From positions 96,001 to 160,000 of the forward strand of contig CAVTUQ010000004.1 of the NCBI GenBank assembly GCA_963737905.1: a stretch of DNA of 64,000 nt, in the 5' to 3' direction. The position numbers and the translations under genes were made by a program. The notes below the pieces were generated by a model. That model saw only the letters and a program-made list of their open reading frames with translations. It ran no database searches and was not told the origin of the DNA. Below are positions 50,888 through 61,921 of this stretch, one piece after another; the stretch's first letter is position 1; the number at the start of each line of letters is the position of its first letter. Origin of the DNA: an uncultured delta proteobacterium (GTDB taxonomy: Bacteria > Desulfobacterota > Binatia > UBA9968).

Positions 50888-53141
50888 TCAGCGTCGCCAT
50901 GCTAACCATTTTTCAAAGACTTTCTTTACGGTCGGCGTCAGTTTCGTGCGCATGTAGGTGTCGCCGATCTCCCGCAGCATCTCGGCTTGAGTTGGGTAGG
51001 AATGGATGGTCGAAGACAAAATGGCAGCGCTCTGTTTCGCGGTAATCGCGAGCGTTAATTCACCGAGCATCTCACCGGCATGGCGCGCGACAATCGTACC
51101 GCCAAGAATTCTACCCGTTTTCTTGTCGTAGTGAACGCGCGCGAAACCGTCGGTTTCCCCGTCGAGGATCGCTCTATCGACATCGCTGAGCGGTTGCGTA
51201 ATCGTCGCGACGTCGAAGCCGGCCGCCTGTGCGTCTTTCTCATAATAGCCGACATGGGCGATCTCGGGGTCGGTATAGGTACACCAGGGGATGACGAGAT
51301 CCGTCACCTTGCGGCGCGCAAGAAACAAGGCATTGGCGATAACCAAACGCGCCATGGCGTCCGCGGCGTGGGTAAACTTATATTTGGAGCAGACATCGCC
51401 GGCGGCAAAGATTCTCGGATTCGACGTGCGCATGCGCTCATCCACCAGCACGCCACTGCGAGTAAACTTGACCCCGGCTTTTTCCAATCCCAAACCTTCC
51501 AGGTTCGGCTGTCGGCCAACGGAAACGAGAATAGCGTCGCATTCGATCTCTTGATGGCCCCCGCTAACGCAGAAAAAAACCCGTTTGCCGAAGCCATCGC
51601 CACTCACCTTTTCAATGGCACCCTTAGTGACAATCGTGACGCCTTCCCCGCTCATCTGCCTGTGCACAATGGCGGCGGCGGCCTGATCTTCTTTGGGCAA
51701 GATTTCCCCACCATCGGTGATGAGTGCCACTTCGCTGCCGAAGCGCCGAAAGGATTGAGCCAACTCACAACCGATAGGCCCAGCGCCGATGACGACTAAC
51801 CGGCGCGGCAGCTTGGTTAGAGTAAAAATGGTTTCGTTGGTATGGTACCCGGCTTCCTTGAGCCCCTGGATGGGCGAGTTCAGCAGCGCGAGCACCGGTG
51901 GCAATCGCTGCACGGTCAAACTCCAACCGCTTACCATCGACTTCAACAACGGAGGGCCCGGTAAACGCGGCGTTGCCGATGTAAACATCGACACCCAGTT
52001 TCCGGAACCTCTCAACGGAATCATGCGCGCTGATCTCGGCGCGCAGCCGCCGCATCCGCTCCATGGCTGAAGAAAAACTCACACGAGGAGCTGAGGCGGT
52101 ATAAACACCGAACTCGGTTCCGTTCCGGGAATCGTAGGCCGCCCGCGCCGCCCGAATCACCCCCTTAGACGGCACGCAGCCAACATTCAAACAATCTCCG
52201 CCCAAGAGATTGCGCTCGATTAACGCGACCTTCGCCCCGAGCCCCGCTGCTCCCGCGGCGCTCACCAGGCCCGCGGTTCCCGCGCCGACCACCACCAAGT
52301 TGTATTTGCCGGAAGGCGTGGGATTGACCCATCGCGTCGGATGGCAGTTCTCGATCAACTGCTTATCGTACACATCATCGACAAGCATCATCTTGTCCAC
52401 GGTGGTGGGTTTGTGCTCGACATCGAGCCGCGGCAGACTTGACGTGATGCTGCCTTCCTGCTCTTGTTCCGCTTCCCGCAAAGCCCTGCGGGCGATGCGC
52501 GTCACGATCACTACCACCGTCACCGTAGCGAGCAGCCCCACGTACTTGAGGACCTGCTGGTAGAACCCCACCGACGCGTCTGCTTGTCCCACTAAGGCAT
52601 CCCGTGCTGCCGCACCGATGTACACATAGAGAAACATGCCTGGTAACATGCCAAGCAGATTCGCCAGCACATAAGCTCCGGTTTTGACCGTGGTCAGCCC
52701 GAGCAAATAGTTGAGCAAAGTAAAAGGGAATGCAGGACTCAAGCGCGTAAGAAAGACCATCTTGAATCCCTGGCGGCCGATGGCGAGATCGAGAGCGCGA
52801 AATTTCGGATTTCCCTCCGCCCAACGCGCCACTTTCTCGCGCAGGAACGTCCGTGCCAGCAAGAAAGCGCAGAGCGCTCCCAAGTTCGCCCCCACCAACA
52901 CCACAAGGAAACCCGTGCGCAGCCCGAACAAAGTGCCGGCGCCAATGGTCAGCGCACTACCTGGGATGAACAGCACAGTCGTAACTACGTAGGCAAACGC
53001 GACGACAACGGGTCCCACCGCGCCGAGGCTTTGCACATAGTATTCAAATTGTTTGAACCATTCGCGAAAAGGCAATAACAAGACCGCGGCCGCGATATCG
53101 GCGGCTATAAAGATGATAAGCGCAATCTTGCCGGCCCTCAT
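50888..53141 (-). CDS. TVP38/DedA membrane domain fused to a MerA/Lpd-like disulfide oxidoreductase, frameshift near 51880
   Basis: RLSPAFPF..NY, GAGTAG, GGDCLNVGCVPSK, IGAGPIGCE, HSYPT. Confidence 0.85.
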
Positions 53142-53172
53142 GATGTGTTCCTCGGTCTTTTGTCGCCTCCGT

Positions 53173-54300
53173 TCAGATGGCTGCCAGCCGAGACAAAACC
53201 GTATAAATCAGCCCCGCTATCACCGCTGCGGTTGGGAGCGTTAACAACCAAGCCAAAAGAATCGTGCGGATGACGTTCCAGCGCGCTTGTCCGTTGGCGA
53301 CGCCGATGCCGAAGAGCGCGCCACAGGAGACATGGGTGGTTGAAACGGGCAGGCCCCACTTGGAAGAGAAGATGACAAGAAAGCTTGTGACCAAATTCGC
53401 CAAGAATGCTTGGTCGGCATCCATGCCCGTGATGCGTTTGCTGACCGTCTCCGCCACCTTTCTGCCATTGATCAATCCCCCGAGCGCCATGATGGCTGCC
53501 ACGAGTATGACAGACCAAGCTAGGTCGAACGCGCCGGCGACCAAGCCCAGCGCGACAATCTTCGGCGTATCATTAAGACCGCGCGCAAAACTTACAGCGC
53601 CAGCGCTCAAGAAATGTCCGGCGTCGAGCAAATTCTGGCCGTTTAATCCAAACAAAGTTCCAGAAAGCGGCTGCGCACAGGCCGTCTGATTATCTACTAT
53701 CACGCGCAGGCCGGTCACCGATTCAGAAATGACAATTCCTTCTGGCGTGACGGCTCTCGGAACGGCTTCGCTGCCGATGCAAACGCAAATTTCTTTACTG
53801 AAACCGGGGGTTCTGAGCACGCGGCTTAACAACGGATAACCAAAGAGGGCCAGCATCACGGCCAGCAACGGGCTTACCAGGAGCGGCAGAAAAACACTCG
53901 TCAGAAGCGTATAAAAACCGAGCTGAAGCCCCACCGCTACGAAACCGCCACCGAAGAGAGCACCCGTTAAACTGTGGGTGGTCGAGATGGGGATGCCAAT
54001 CTTTGTTGCCAAGAACACCGTCAACGCTGCGCCGAGGATCACCGCGGCGACAAATGGTTGCGATTGCGTGAGAGACTCCGGCAGGAAGTCTTTTCCTTGA
54101 AAGATCGAAATAAGTTTGGTGGCGACAAAAAGTGCCGTGACGGAACCCGCTAGGGTCGTCAGAGTCGCCCACCAAAGCGCTCTGCGGTAGTCGGTGGTCC
54201 CGCTACCGAACAGCGTCGCAACACCCTTAAAGTTGTCGTTGGCGCCATTGGCATAAGCAACAAAAAGCATAGCACTGACGATGAGAATGGGCCAAACCAC
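53173..54300 (-). CDS. PiT family inorganic phosphate transporter
   Basis: NGANDN, PISTTH, GLNDT, PVSTTH. Confidence 0.9.
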   Translation of the reverse strand: MVWPILIVSAMLFVAYANGANDNFKGVATLFGSGTTDYRRALWWATLTTLAGSVTALFVATKLISIFQGKDFLPESLTQSQPFVAAVILGAALTVFLATKIGIPISTTHSLTGALFGGGFVAVGLQLGFYTLLTSVFLPLLVSPLLAVMLALFGYPLLSRVLRTPGFSKEICVCIGSEAVPRAVTPEGIVISESVTGLRVIVDNQTACAQPLSGTLFGLNGQNLLDAGHFLSAGAVSFARGLNDTPKIVALGLVAGAFDLAWSVILVAAIMALGGLINGRKVAETVSKRITGMDADQAFLANLVTSFLVIFSSKWGLPVSTTHVSCGALFGIGVANGQARWNVIRTILLAWLLTLPTAAVIAGLIYTVLSRLAAI

Positions 54301-54319
54301 TATTTCGCTCCTGAACGAA

Positions 54320-55282
54320 TTATGAAACCAGCGCGCCGCCGCAGCTGCTGCCGGCGCCGGCGGTGCAGGCGTAACAATGATCGCCGACCGTGATGGGCGG
54401 GTTCAGCAGTTGATCCAACGATGCCGAGAGGATGTTAAGCGCTTTGCCGTCCGTGTCGCGCATCGGCAGATCGAGCATCTGGTTGAAATCGCAGTCGTAG
54501 ATGGAACCTTCCCAGCCGACACTTACAAGATTGCGGCACATGACCTGCTCGAGGGTGGCGGCATTGAAGCTAGTTTCCAACAGTTCCGTATAGCGATCAT
54601 ATTCGCCGCGCAATTTGAGATGGGTGGCATAGCGGGTGATCGGCATGTTGGTCAAACAAAAAAGGTGATTGAACACGATGCCGAACTGTTCGCGGAGAAT
54701 CCGCTTATAATCTTGTTCCAGCTGTGCTTGCGGCGGCGGCAAGTGCGGCCCTACGGGATTGTAGACCAGATCAAGAATCAAGTCGGTGTCCGGTTGACCA
54801 TAACCGATTTCGTTGAACCGCTGTAATGCGCGGATGCTCAAATCGAAAGTTCCTTTGCCGCGCTGTTTGTCGACGTTTTCTTGGGAATAACACGGCAAGG
54901 AACAAACCAGCTCGACTTCATGCCGTTTAAGAAACTCCGGCAGATACTCCTTGCCGGGCTCGAAGATGACCGTCAAATTGCAGCGGTCCATCACGTGGCG
55001 CCCAAAGCGCCGCGCCGCGACAACTAAATAATCGAAATCGGGATGCAGCTCGGGCGCGCCGCCTGTGACATCGAGCGTGGGAATGTTCGTCCCGGCGAGA
55101 AAATGCAAGACGCCGTCGACGGTCTCCCGGCTCATCATTTCTGTTCGCGTCGGACCCGATTCGACGTGGCAGTGAATGCAGGCCAAATTACAGTAGCGGC
55201 CCATGTTCACTTGTAAGACATCGATGGCGCGGCGTTGTAGACCTTTACCGTGTAGATCTAGCCTTTGTGCGAAAGGTTGCAT
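54320..55282 (-). CDS. arsS: ArsS-like radical SAM protein (TIGR04167-type)
   Basis: CNLACIHCH, TGGAPE, YDCDFNQ, HCYACTAGAGSSCGG. Confidence 0.88.
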   Translation of the reverse strand: MQPFAQRLDLHGKGLQRRAIDVLQVNMGRYCNLACIHCHVESGPTRTEMMSRETVDGVLHFLAGTNIPTLDVTGGAPELHPDFDYLVVAARRFGRHVMDRCNLTVIFEPGKEYLPEFLKRHEVELVCSLPCYSQENVDKQRGKGTFDLSIRALQRFNEIGYGQPDTDLILDLVYNPVGPHLPPPQAQLEQDYKRILREQFGIVFNHLFCLTNMPITRYATHLKLRGEYDRYTELLETSFNAATLEQVMCRNLVSVGWEGSIYDCDFNQMLDLPMRDTDGKALNILSASLDQLLNPPITVGDHCYACTAGAGSSCGGALVS

Positions 55283-55291
55283 GGAAGATCA

Positions 55292-55325
55292 CCCTCACCT
55301 CGATCCTCTCCCGTCCAGGGAGAGG
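55292..55325. repeat. REP-like palindrome
   Basis: CCCTCACC..CCTCTCCC-GTCCA-GGGAGAGG, intergenic. Confidence 0.55.
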
Positions 55326-55401
55326 AAGGAAAGACTTATCGTGCTGGCGTCACTTTCTCCATCTCCACGTCTCCCCGTCTGCCTTTCTCCCTATTTGTAT
55401 C

Positions 55402-56608
55402 CTAAGGGCAGCAATTGGAGTCGGGCCCGCAGACACCGCCCGACAATTGTGTCACCTTGTAGCCCAGCCCCTTGGTCTCCCGGGGGTCGCGCTTGTGATC
55501 ACGCGCGCAATCGAAGACGCCGGCCTTGGCCAGCGCCACTTCTTCCCGCGGCGGCACCAGAATGAATTGCCCTTCGTAGGGCGGCTGGGAGTAGAGCTTA
55601 AAGGTCTTATCGCAGACGGCGATGCGCACGCCGCGCGGCAGCGTGTGCCCGTCGTCATCGACCACTTGTTTCCAAGGCCCACGGTAGATGACCGCTTGGT
55701 TGCGCTCGATGCATGGCCCTTCTTTGCCCTTGTATGCGGTCACCGTTACGGCGCGGAACTCGATGCCTTCGACCGTTTGATAAGCCTCCGAGCGAAACTC
55801 CTCGATTTTGATGCCGTAGAACTTGGCCTCTTCGAAGGCGCGCAAGAAATCTTCTTCTTGGAAAGCGCCGGAGACACAGGCACTCCAGAGATCGGGGATC
55901 GTTGGCGAGATGCTCTGGCACCGGCTCGTCGCTGACGATGTCGGAAATAGCGACCCGTCCGCCGCGCTTGAGCACGCGGTACATCTCGGCGAACAATTGC
56001 TTTTTGTCCTCAGGCCGAACCAGATTCAGCACGCAGTTCGAAATGATGACATCGATGGATTCGTCGGCAACTAACGGCTGTTCGTGACCCATCTTAGCTT
56101 CGACCTCCTGGAAGTGCGCGAGATCGGCCATGGACCGGACGGGATTGTCCTGCAGGTAGCGATCGATCAATTCCAGGTTGGTTTTCAGATCCTGGATCTT
56201 GCCGCGGCGGAACTCCACGTTGTGATAGCCGAGCTGATCGCCGATGGTTTTTTGATACTTGCGTGCCAATTCCAGCATTGGCGGATTGAAATCGACGCCA
56301 ATGACTCGGCCGCTAGGCCCGACAATTTGGGAAATGATGTAACAAGCCTTGCCGCTGCCAGAACCCAAATCAAGCACGATCTCACCCTCACGAATATAGC
56401 GCGACGGATCGCCGCAGCCATAGTCTTTCTCGATGATTTCCTTGGGGATAACTCTCAACAACGCTTGGTCATAACTCACCGGCAGACACAAGCAGGCGTC
56501 CACTTCCCGTGCCGCGTTGCCGTAACGCTGCAACACGGCAGCCTCGTAGTCAGTACCATTCCGATTACCGCTCTCTCCATTGGCTCGGATGACAGCTTCC
56601 CGGTCCAT
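55402..56608 (-). CDS. ArsM-like SAM methyltransferase, frameshift in a G4 run near 55895
   Basis: YGCGDP, LDLGSGSG, ISNCVLNL; removing one base gives DLWSACVSGA; C-terminal CC. Confidence 0.82.
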
Positions 56609-56724
56609 GCAGCCTCCCTTAAATCTCTTGTAAGGTAATGATTCTAAAGAAGATCACTTTCGAAATGACGGCGCAACTTAAAAATTGGCGTATTTCAGCA
56701 TTTTTCTACATTAGATAACCGTAA

Positions 56725-56751
56725 AACGTCGCCGGTTGCAAAAAAGTTCCC
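56725..56751 (-). promoter_or_regulatory. ECF sigma promoter for the methyltransferase-arsS operon
   Basis: GGGAAC-N17-CGTT. Confidence 0.7.
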
Positions 56752-56852
56752 CCGTGGCGGAGCGCCGGCCAGTAGCGATTGTTCTAGCCCTTCCAAGTGC
56801 CGAAGTCGTTGTCGATGGCAATCGGTTATTGAAAGCCATGTTTGTGGACATC

Positions 56853-56879
56853 GGGAACTCAGGCACCCAGTAAAACGTT
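56853..56879 (+). promoter_or_regulatory. ECF sigma autoregulatory promoter
   Basis: GGGAAC-N17-CGTT upstream of the sigma gene. Confidence 0.7.
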
Positions 56880-56922
56880 ATGTTGCTTAGACAGACTCTC
56901 TTCTATTCGTTAAAATGCCCGC

Positions 56923-57498
56923 GTGGCCGGGAAGCGAAAAACAGCAGACGCCGGGCGGGATGCTTTTGCGCGTGAAGCCATGGTTCATCTCGATCATTTG
57001 TATCGTGTCGGATTTCACCTGGCTAAACATCAAGACGAGGCCCAGGAACTCGTCCAAGAGACCTTTGTCCGTGCCCTTGCCGCTTACGAGCAGTTCAATC
57101 CCGGAACCAACATGAAAGCGTGGCTGACAAAGATTCTGCACAATCTTTTCTTCGATCGCTACCACCAAGGGAAACGATGGATTTCAACAGACGATCCAGC
57201 TTATGAGGAATCCGATTATTGGAAAGGACTGCCGGCGGAGAACCCTGGACCGGAGAGCCATGCCTTGGCGAGGGAATTAAACGCCCAAATCACCGATGTT
57301 TTGAGAAAGATCCCCGGAGAGTTTCGCGCTCCAATCGTTTTAGTCGACATGGGCGATTTCACATACGAAGAAGCTGCGGAAATGCTGTCATGCCCGATAG
57401 GTACCATTCGCTCGCAGCTTTCTCGCGGTAGAAAACTGCTGCAGGAATACCTGAGGCCATACGTAAGCAGCGAACAAGAAAAGGCCAAGCTAAAATGA
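56923..57498 (+). CDS. ECF sigma factor (SigR/SigH-like)
   Basis: LVQETF.RA...F.PGTN.KAWL, YEEAAEML..PIGTIRS.LSRGR. Confidence 0.92.
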   Translation: MAGKRKTADAGRDAFAREAMVHLDHLYRVGFHLAKHQDEAQELVQETFVRALAAYEQFNPGTNMKAWLTKILHNLFFDRYHQGKRWISTDDPAYEESDYWKGLPAENPGPESHALARELNAQITDVLRKIPGEFRAPIVLVDMGDFTYEEAAEMLSCPIGTIRSQLSRGRKLLQEYLRPYVSSEQEKAKLK

Positions 57499-58307
57499 CC
57501 TGCGGCGAAGCGCAAGAACTTATCACCGCGCTGATCGATCACGAGCTGCTTGACGCGGAGCGGTCCTCGCTGGAAACACATCTCAAGGAGTGCGCCCGCT
57601 GCCGGTTTGCTTTGGAAGAGGAGCGGGCTCTCAAGCAAGCGATCCGAGAGGCTGGCGATCGCATCCGCGCTCCCGCCGAACTCCGTAGTAAGATTCTCTC
57701 GGACCGGCGCGTCTTTCCTGAGACGAAACGATCCCCGCGCCGGTGGCAAGATTACATCTGGCCCATGCCGCATGTTCTCGGTCCGGCACTTGCCGTCGCC
57801 CTTCTCCTGGCCATCGCGCTCCCGGCGTTTGTCTTTCTTCAATCACGCAGCCAGCCTATGGCCGTTGCCGCCCTGGAGACATACGATCTTTTTCTCAGGG
57901 GCGAACTTCGCGTGCATAGGGCGGAAACCGCAGAGGAAATCGTCGCACAGTTGACCCGCACCGTGGGCGGGGACTTCCACCCCATGGGCTACAATCTCAC
58001 GGCCATGGATCTACGCCCTGTGGCGGGCTTGGTCCGTGAGATTGACGGTCGCAAGGTCCTCGTCGTCATCTACCAGGGCAAAGGCGGGACTCTCTTCTGC
58101 TACACTTTTCTCGGATCAGAAAAAGATGCACCACCCAACGCCGCCAGGTTTGTTGACGCCGCCAAGAAGATGAACTTTTATGCCTTCTCCCACAGCGGCA
58201 TTAACGCGGTGCTTCATCGTGAAGGCGAAGTTATTTGTATCCTGGCTTCTAAAATGTCAATGGAGGAACTTTTGGCCCTGGCGCAGTCTAAGGCCAAACG
58301 AACCTAA
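57495..58307 (+). CDS. Membrane-anchored zinc anti-sigma factor (ZAS)
   Basis: MTC...HLKECARC, one TM helix; ATGA overlap. Confidence 0.88.
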   Translation: MTCGEAQELITALIDHELLDAERSSLETHLKECARCRFALEEERALKQAIREAGDRIRAPAELRSKILSDRRVFPETKRSPRRWQDYIWPMPHVLGPALAVALLLAIALPAFVFLQSRSQPMAVAALETYDLFLRGELRVHRAETAEEIVAQLTRTVGGDFHPMGYNLTAMDLRPVAGLVREIDGRKVLVVIYQGKGGTLFCYTFLGSEKDAPPNAARFVDAAKKMNFYAFSHSGINAVLHREGEVICILASKMSMEELLALAQSKAKRT

Positions 58308-58476
58308 CATGGGCTGGCAATGTCATTCCGAGCTCTGCGATCTGAGTCAAAGGTCAGTCGATCACCCAGCGCAAAGGGGGGCTTGTTTCCATGCGTCGCG
58401 TAATTTTTTCCTAGCGCTCATTGTTTTTTCCAGTCTCGGTGCCTTCCGATACAAGGCATTTCGCCACAATTACAAC

Positions 58477-58492
58477 TGGCACTTACTTTGCT
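58477..58492 (+). promoter_or_regulatory. Sigma54 promoter
   Basis: TGGCAC-TTACT-TTGCT. Confidence 0.7.
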
Positions 58493-58506
58493 GTCAGACA
58501 TAGAGA

Positions 58507-59187
58507 ATGGTCGTTAAAAAATTCACAATAGCCATCCTGGGCACAGTGCTTTTTTCGGTTTTGAGTCTTTACATAGATCCGGCACTTGAGGGCACCGCCG
58601 GGCAAGCTGATACCCGTAACGACCGGCAGCATTTCAGGCAAAGGGCCGCGGAGCGTGATCTAGAGCGGCTTCAAAGGATCATGGGTCCTCTAGTACGAGC
58701 GACGAATCATCCGGACCGTCTAAATGAAATCCGAGTCAAAATCGCTGACGACTCCAATATTAATGCAGGCAGCGCCGGGGGAGGAGAGTTTGTTATAACA
58801 ACCGGTCTATTGCAGAAAGCCAATGACGAGCAATTGCGCGGCATTCTGGCCCACGAGATTGCCCACGACGATCTGGGACATCCCGTGAAGATGCAACTCG
58901 TAGGAACTGGTATAAGCCTCGGGGCAGCACTGCTGGAAAAGGTGTTTCCAGGAAGTGGGGCGGTAGCGCCGATCGCGGGCACCTTGATCGCGTCGAGTTA
59001 CAGCCGTCCGCAGGAATTGGAAGCGGACCGCCATGGGGTGACGATTCTGCGACGCGCGGGATATTCGAAAGAGGTGATGGTTCGGACGCTCAGCTGGATC
59101 ATGCAGATGCAAGGGAACAGCGGCGGCGGGTTCTTATCGACCCATCCTGCAACCGATGAGCGCATTCGTGCTCTCAGACAGCTCTAG
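58507..59187 (+). CDS. M48 family zinc metallopeptidase
   Basis: INA, LAHEIAH, YSRPQELEAD, STHP..ERI. Confidence 0.9.
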   Translation: MVVKKFTIAILGTVLFSVLSLYIDPALEGTAGQADTRNDRQHFRQRAAERDLERLQRIMGPLVRATNHPDRLNEIRVKIADDSNINAGSAGGGEFVITTGLLQKANDEQLRGILAHEIAHDDLGHPVKMQLVGTGISLGAALLEKVFPGSGAVAPIAGTLIASSYSRPQELEADRHGVTILRRAGYSKEVMVRTLSWIMQMQGNSGGGFLSTHPATDERIRALRQL

Positions 59188-59263
59188 CTTGGAGGCTCGC
59201 TCCTCGGTCACTCTTCCGTGAATAATGCGCAGGTTAGCGCTATCTCTTCGAGGACGTTGCAGG

Positions 59264-60277
59264 CTATCCGCCGAGAGAAATCATTTCGATTTTCTTGTGG
59301 CTCTTGGGATCGTAGCTTGCGTCGCGCAGTGCTTCCAACCGTTCGAGGGAATAGCGATCGGCGCGTTTGATCCATATCGAGCTGAGCAATTCCAGAATCT
59401 CCTCGTCCGAGGAGCCGTTGCGGAGGAGAGTCTTAATGTCATGACCCACCGCTGAAAAGAGGCAAGTTACGATTTTCCCGTCGGCGGTGATTCTCGCCCG
59501 CGTGCAACTCGAGCAAAACGGCTCCGTCACCGAAGCGATGACACCGATATCGCCACGTCCATCGACAAACTCGTAGTCCATCGACGGCGCGCTTCCCTGG
59601 GCCCGGCCGATTTCTTTCAGTGGATATCGGGCATGAATCTTTGCGATAATTTCCTTTTTGGAAACCAGTTTCTCCGACGTCCAGTTGTTGGCGTTACCGA
59701 CATCCATGTACTCGATAAAGCGCATGCCAAAGCCGTGCTCTCGGGAAAACTCCACCAGGGGAATGATATCGTCGTCATTCACGCCCCGTTCGACTACCGC
59801 ATTCAGTTTGATTGGATGAAGGCCATGACTCTTAGCGGCAAAGATGCCTTCCAGCACCTTGTTCAAGTCGCCCCTCTTGGTCATTCGCCTAAACTTGTCA
59901 TGATCCAAAGAGTCCAGGCTTACATTAATCCGCTGCAATCCCGCTTGTTTGAGCGATCGAACCTTCTCGGCCAACAGTGCCCCGTTCGTTGTTAAGCAGA
60001 GCTCTTTGAGCCCTTCGATTGCCGACAGTTTTTCAACCAGCCGATCGAGATTCTGTCGAACCAGCGGCTCGCCGCCGGTTAGCCGGATTTTCTCGACACC
60101 GACTCGAATGAACAAAGTTGCCAGCCGAGTAATCTCCTCAAAAGTAAGAATCTCTTTCTTATTGATCCACTCGTACTCGTCCAGCGGCATACAGTAGGTG
60201 CAGCGGAAGTTGCACCTGTCGGTTACGGAAATTCTAAGGTCACGAAGCGGTCGTTTGTAGACATCCATTACCATCAC
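59264..60277 (-). CDS. moaA: GTP 3',8-cyclase
   Basis: LRISVTDRCNFRCTYCMP, FCSSCTRAR..CL, C-terminal GG. Confidence 0.95.
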   Translation of the reverse strand: MMVMDVYKRPLRDLRISVTDRCNFRCTYCMPLDEYEWINKKEILTFEEITRLATLFIRVGVEKIRLTGGEPLVRQNLDRLVEKLSAIEGLKELCLTTNGALLAEKVRSLKQAGLQRINVSLDSLDHDKFRRMTKRGDLNKVLEGIFAAKSHGLHPIKLNAVVERGVNDDDIIPLVEFSREHGFGMRFIEYMDVGNANNWTSEKLVSKKEIIAKIHARYPLKEIGRAQGSAPSMDYEFVDGRGDIGVIASVTEPFCSSCTRARITADGKIVTCLFSAVGHDIKTLLRNGSSDEEILELLSSIWIKRADRYSLERLEALRDASYDPKSHKKIEMISLGG

Positions 60278-60382
60278 TTTTTACTATGCAATACCAGGCT
60301 CTTGGGTGCAAGACGCGGGCGTCCCCGCAACGGGCCTTTTAACTTTGCTGGCTATGGGGCGATCTGTTATCCTATCGCGGCA

Positions 60383-61855
60383 ATGAGCCTGCGCCAGCAG
60401 CAAATCGCAGTCTTTTTCGGCACCGTCGTGGTTATTTTCGGTATTTTCGCCGGAGGCGTTTGGCTGATCGCCCGGCGATTGACTACAGAGGCAACCCTGC
60501 AAACCGCCGTCTTAATGGCGCGCCAGGTTGAGATCGCCTTGGCTGACAGCCTGCGCCAGCGCCCCGCGCCCCAAGGGCGGATTATCCAGTCACAGCCTTC
60601 TTCGTCTTTTTGGAGCTTCTTGGGTAACATTTTTCCCGGCGTCGGTTCGAGGCCTAGGACGCAATACATCCCTGGACGCCCGGCCTCGCGGCAAGCTGAA
60701 GTCAAAGGATTAATGGAAGCCTTCGTTAGCCGCAGCGGCAGTATCGAAGCGATGTGGGTACTCAATGCCGACGGCAAGATTCTCTATAGTTCAAAGGGTC
60801 ACGAAAAGGGTGAAGCCCTGACCGATCCGAATCTCAGAAGCAGTCTACGGCGTGGTGTTACCAGTATCAATTCCCAGCACCAAGGGGAATCGACTTATTA
60901 CGACGTCCTGGTGCCGCTGCAAATGCCCGCTGGCGTGGAGGGACCGGGCGGTCTCAGGTTGTGGATCAATCCGGCGGACTGGACGGAGATGCTTTCAGGA
61001 CTATGGCGACAACTTACCTTGTTATTCGCCCTCGGCGGCGGCGTGGCTTTGCTGAGCGCGTTCCTGACCACGGCTCTCTACACGCGCCGCTTTCGCTTGA
61101 TCAGCGAAACTTTGCGCCAGGCTGAAGCCGGCACCTATCAAACCCGGCCCCAGTATCGGAGCCAAGACGAAGTGGGAACGAGTTTGGATTTGATCGACCG
61201 CCTGGTCATGAAGCAGCGCAAGACCGTTGGCGCACCCGCGCCAATGCAGCGCCTGGCCTACGCGGCTCGAACCTTGGCGCACGAAGTACGCACGCCTTTG
61301 AACGCCTTGGCGATTCATCTCGAACTTCTCCGCAACTCTGCCCAGACGGGCAACGGCCCGGACATCCAGCAAGAAAAATCCATCAGCGCGCTGGACGCCA
61401 GCGTCCGGCAAGTCGATCGACTCGTGCGCGAGTTTAGCGACTATTCCGCGCCGGTCACCATGGAAAGGAAAGCAACCGATGTATCCGAAGTGCTCGCCGC
61501 AAGCCTCGAAGCGGCGGCGGCACAATGCGCAATGAAGAATATTGCTCTAAAAAAAGATCTGGTCCCGGGTCCGTGGACGATTCAAGGCGACGGCACGCGT
61601 CTGCGCCAATGCTTCGACAACCTTTTGCGCAACGCCATGGAAGCCCAACCTGACGGCGGCGCCATTCATGTTACCGCTGCAAAAAAATCCAAAGAGTTGG
61701 TTCTACGGTTCGCAGACTCCGGACCCGGAGTAGCGCCGGAGCACCGCACTGAACTGTTTGAGTTTGGCAAAACGACGAAGATCGGCGGTAGCGGCATCGG
61801 ACTGCCGCTGAGCCAGCTAATCGTCGAGTCCCATGGCGGCTCGCTTGGTATATGA
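60383..61855 (+). CDS. Sensor histidine kinase (3' end possibly frameshifted)
   Basis: Two TM helices, AHEVRTPL, NLLRNA, DSGPG, GSGIGL. Confidence 0.88.
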   Translation: MSLRQQQIAVFFGTVVVIFGIFAGGVWLIARRLTTEATLQTAVLMARQVEIALADSLRQRPAPQGRIIQSQPSSSFWSFLGNIFPGVGSRPRTQYIPGRPASRQAEVKGLMEAFVSRSGSIEAMWVLNADGKILYSSKGHEKGEALTDPNLRSSLRRGVTSINSQHQGESTYYDVLVPLQMPAGVEGPGGLRLWINPADWTEMLSGLWRQLTLLFALGGGVALLSAFLTTALYTRRFRLISETLRQAEAGTYQTRPQYRSQDEVGTSLDLIDRLVMKQRKTVGAPAPMQRLAYAARTLAHEVRTPLNALAIHLELLRNSAQTGNGPDIQQEKSISALDASVRQVDRLVREFSDYSAPVTMERKATDVSEVLAASLEAAAAQCAMKNIALKKDLVPGPWTIQGDGTRLRQCFDNLLRNAMEAQPDGGAIHVTAAKKSKELVLRFADSGPGVAPEHRTELFEFGKTTKIGGSGIGLPLSQLIVESHGGSLGI

Positions 61856-61921
61856 AGATCAAAACGGCCATAGCGCGGGAGCCACCTTTCGTTTGACTCT
61901 ATCCTTGGAGGGGAATTAGTC

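Noticed and set aside
50888-53141. Mercury resistance gene merA
   Set aside because: No C-terminal CC pair and no mer operon genes; it is only MerA-like.
54320-54350. Sec in the ArsS C-terminal GSSxGG motif
   Set aside because: The codon is TGC (Cys).
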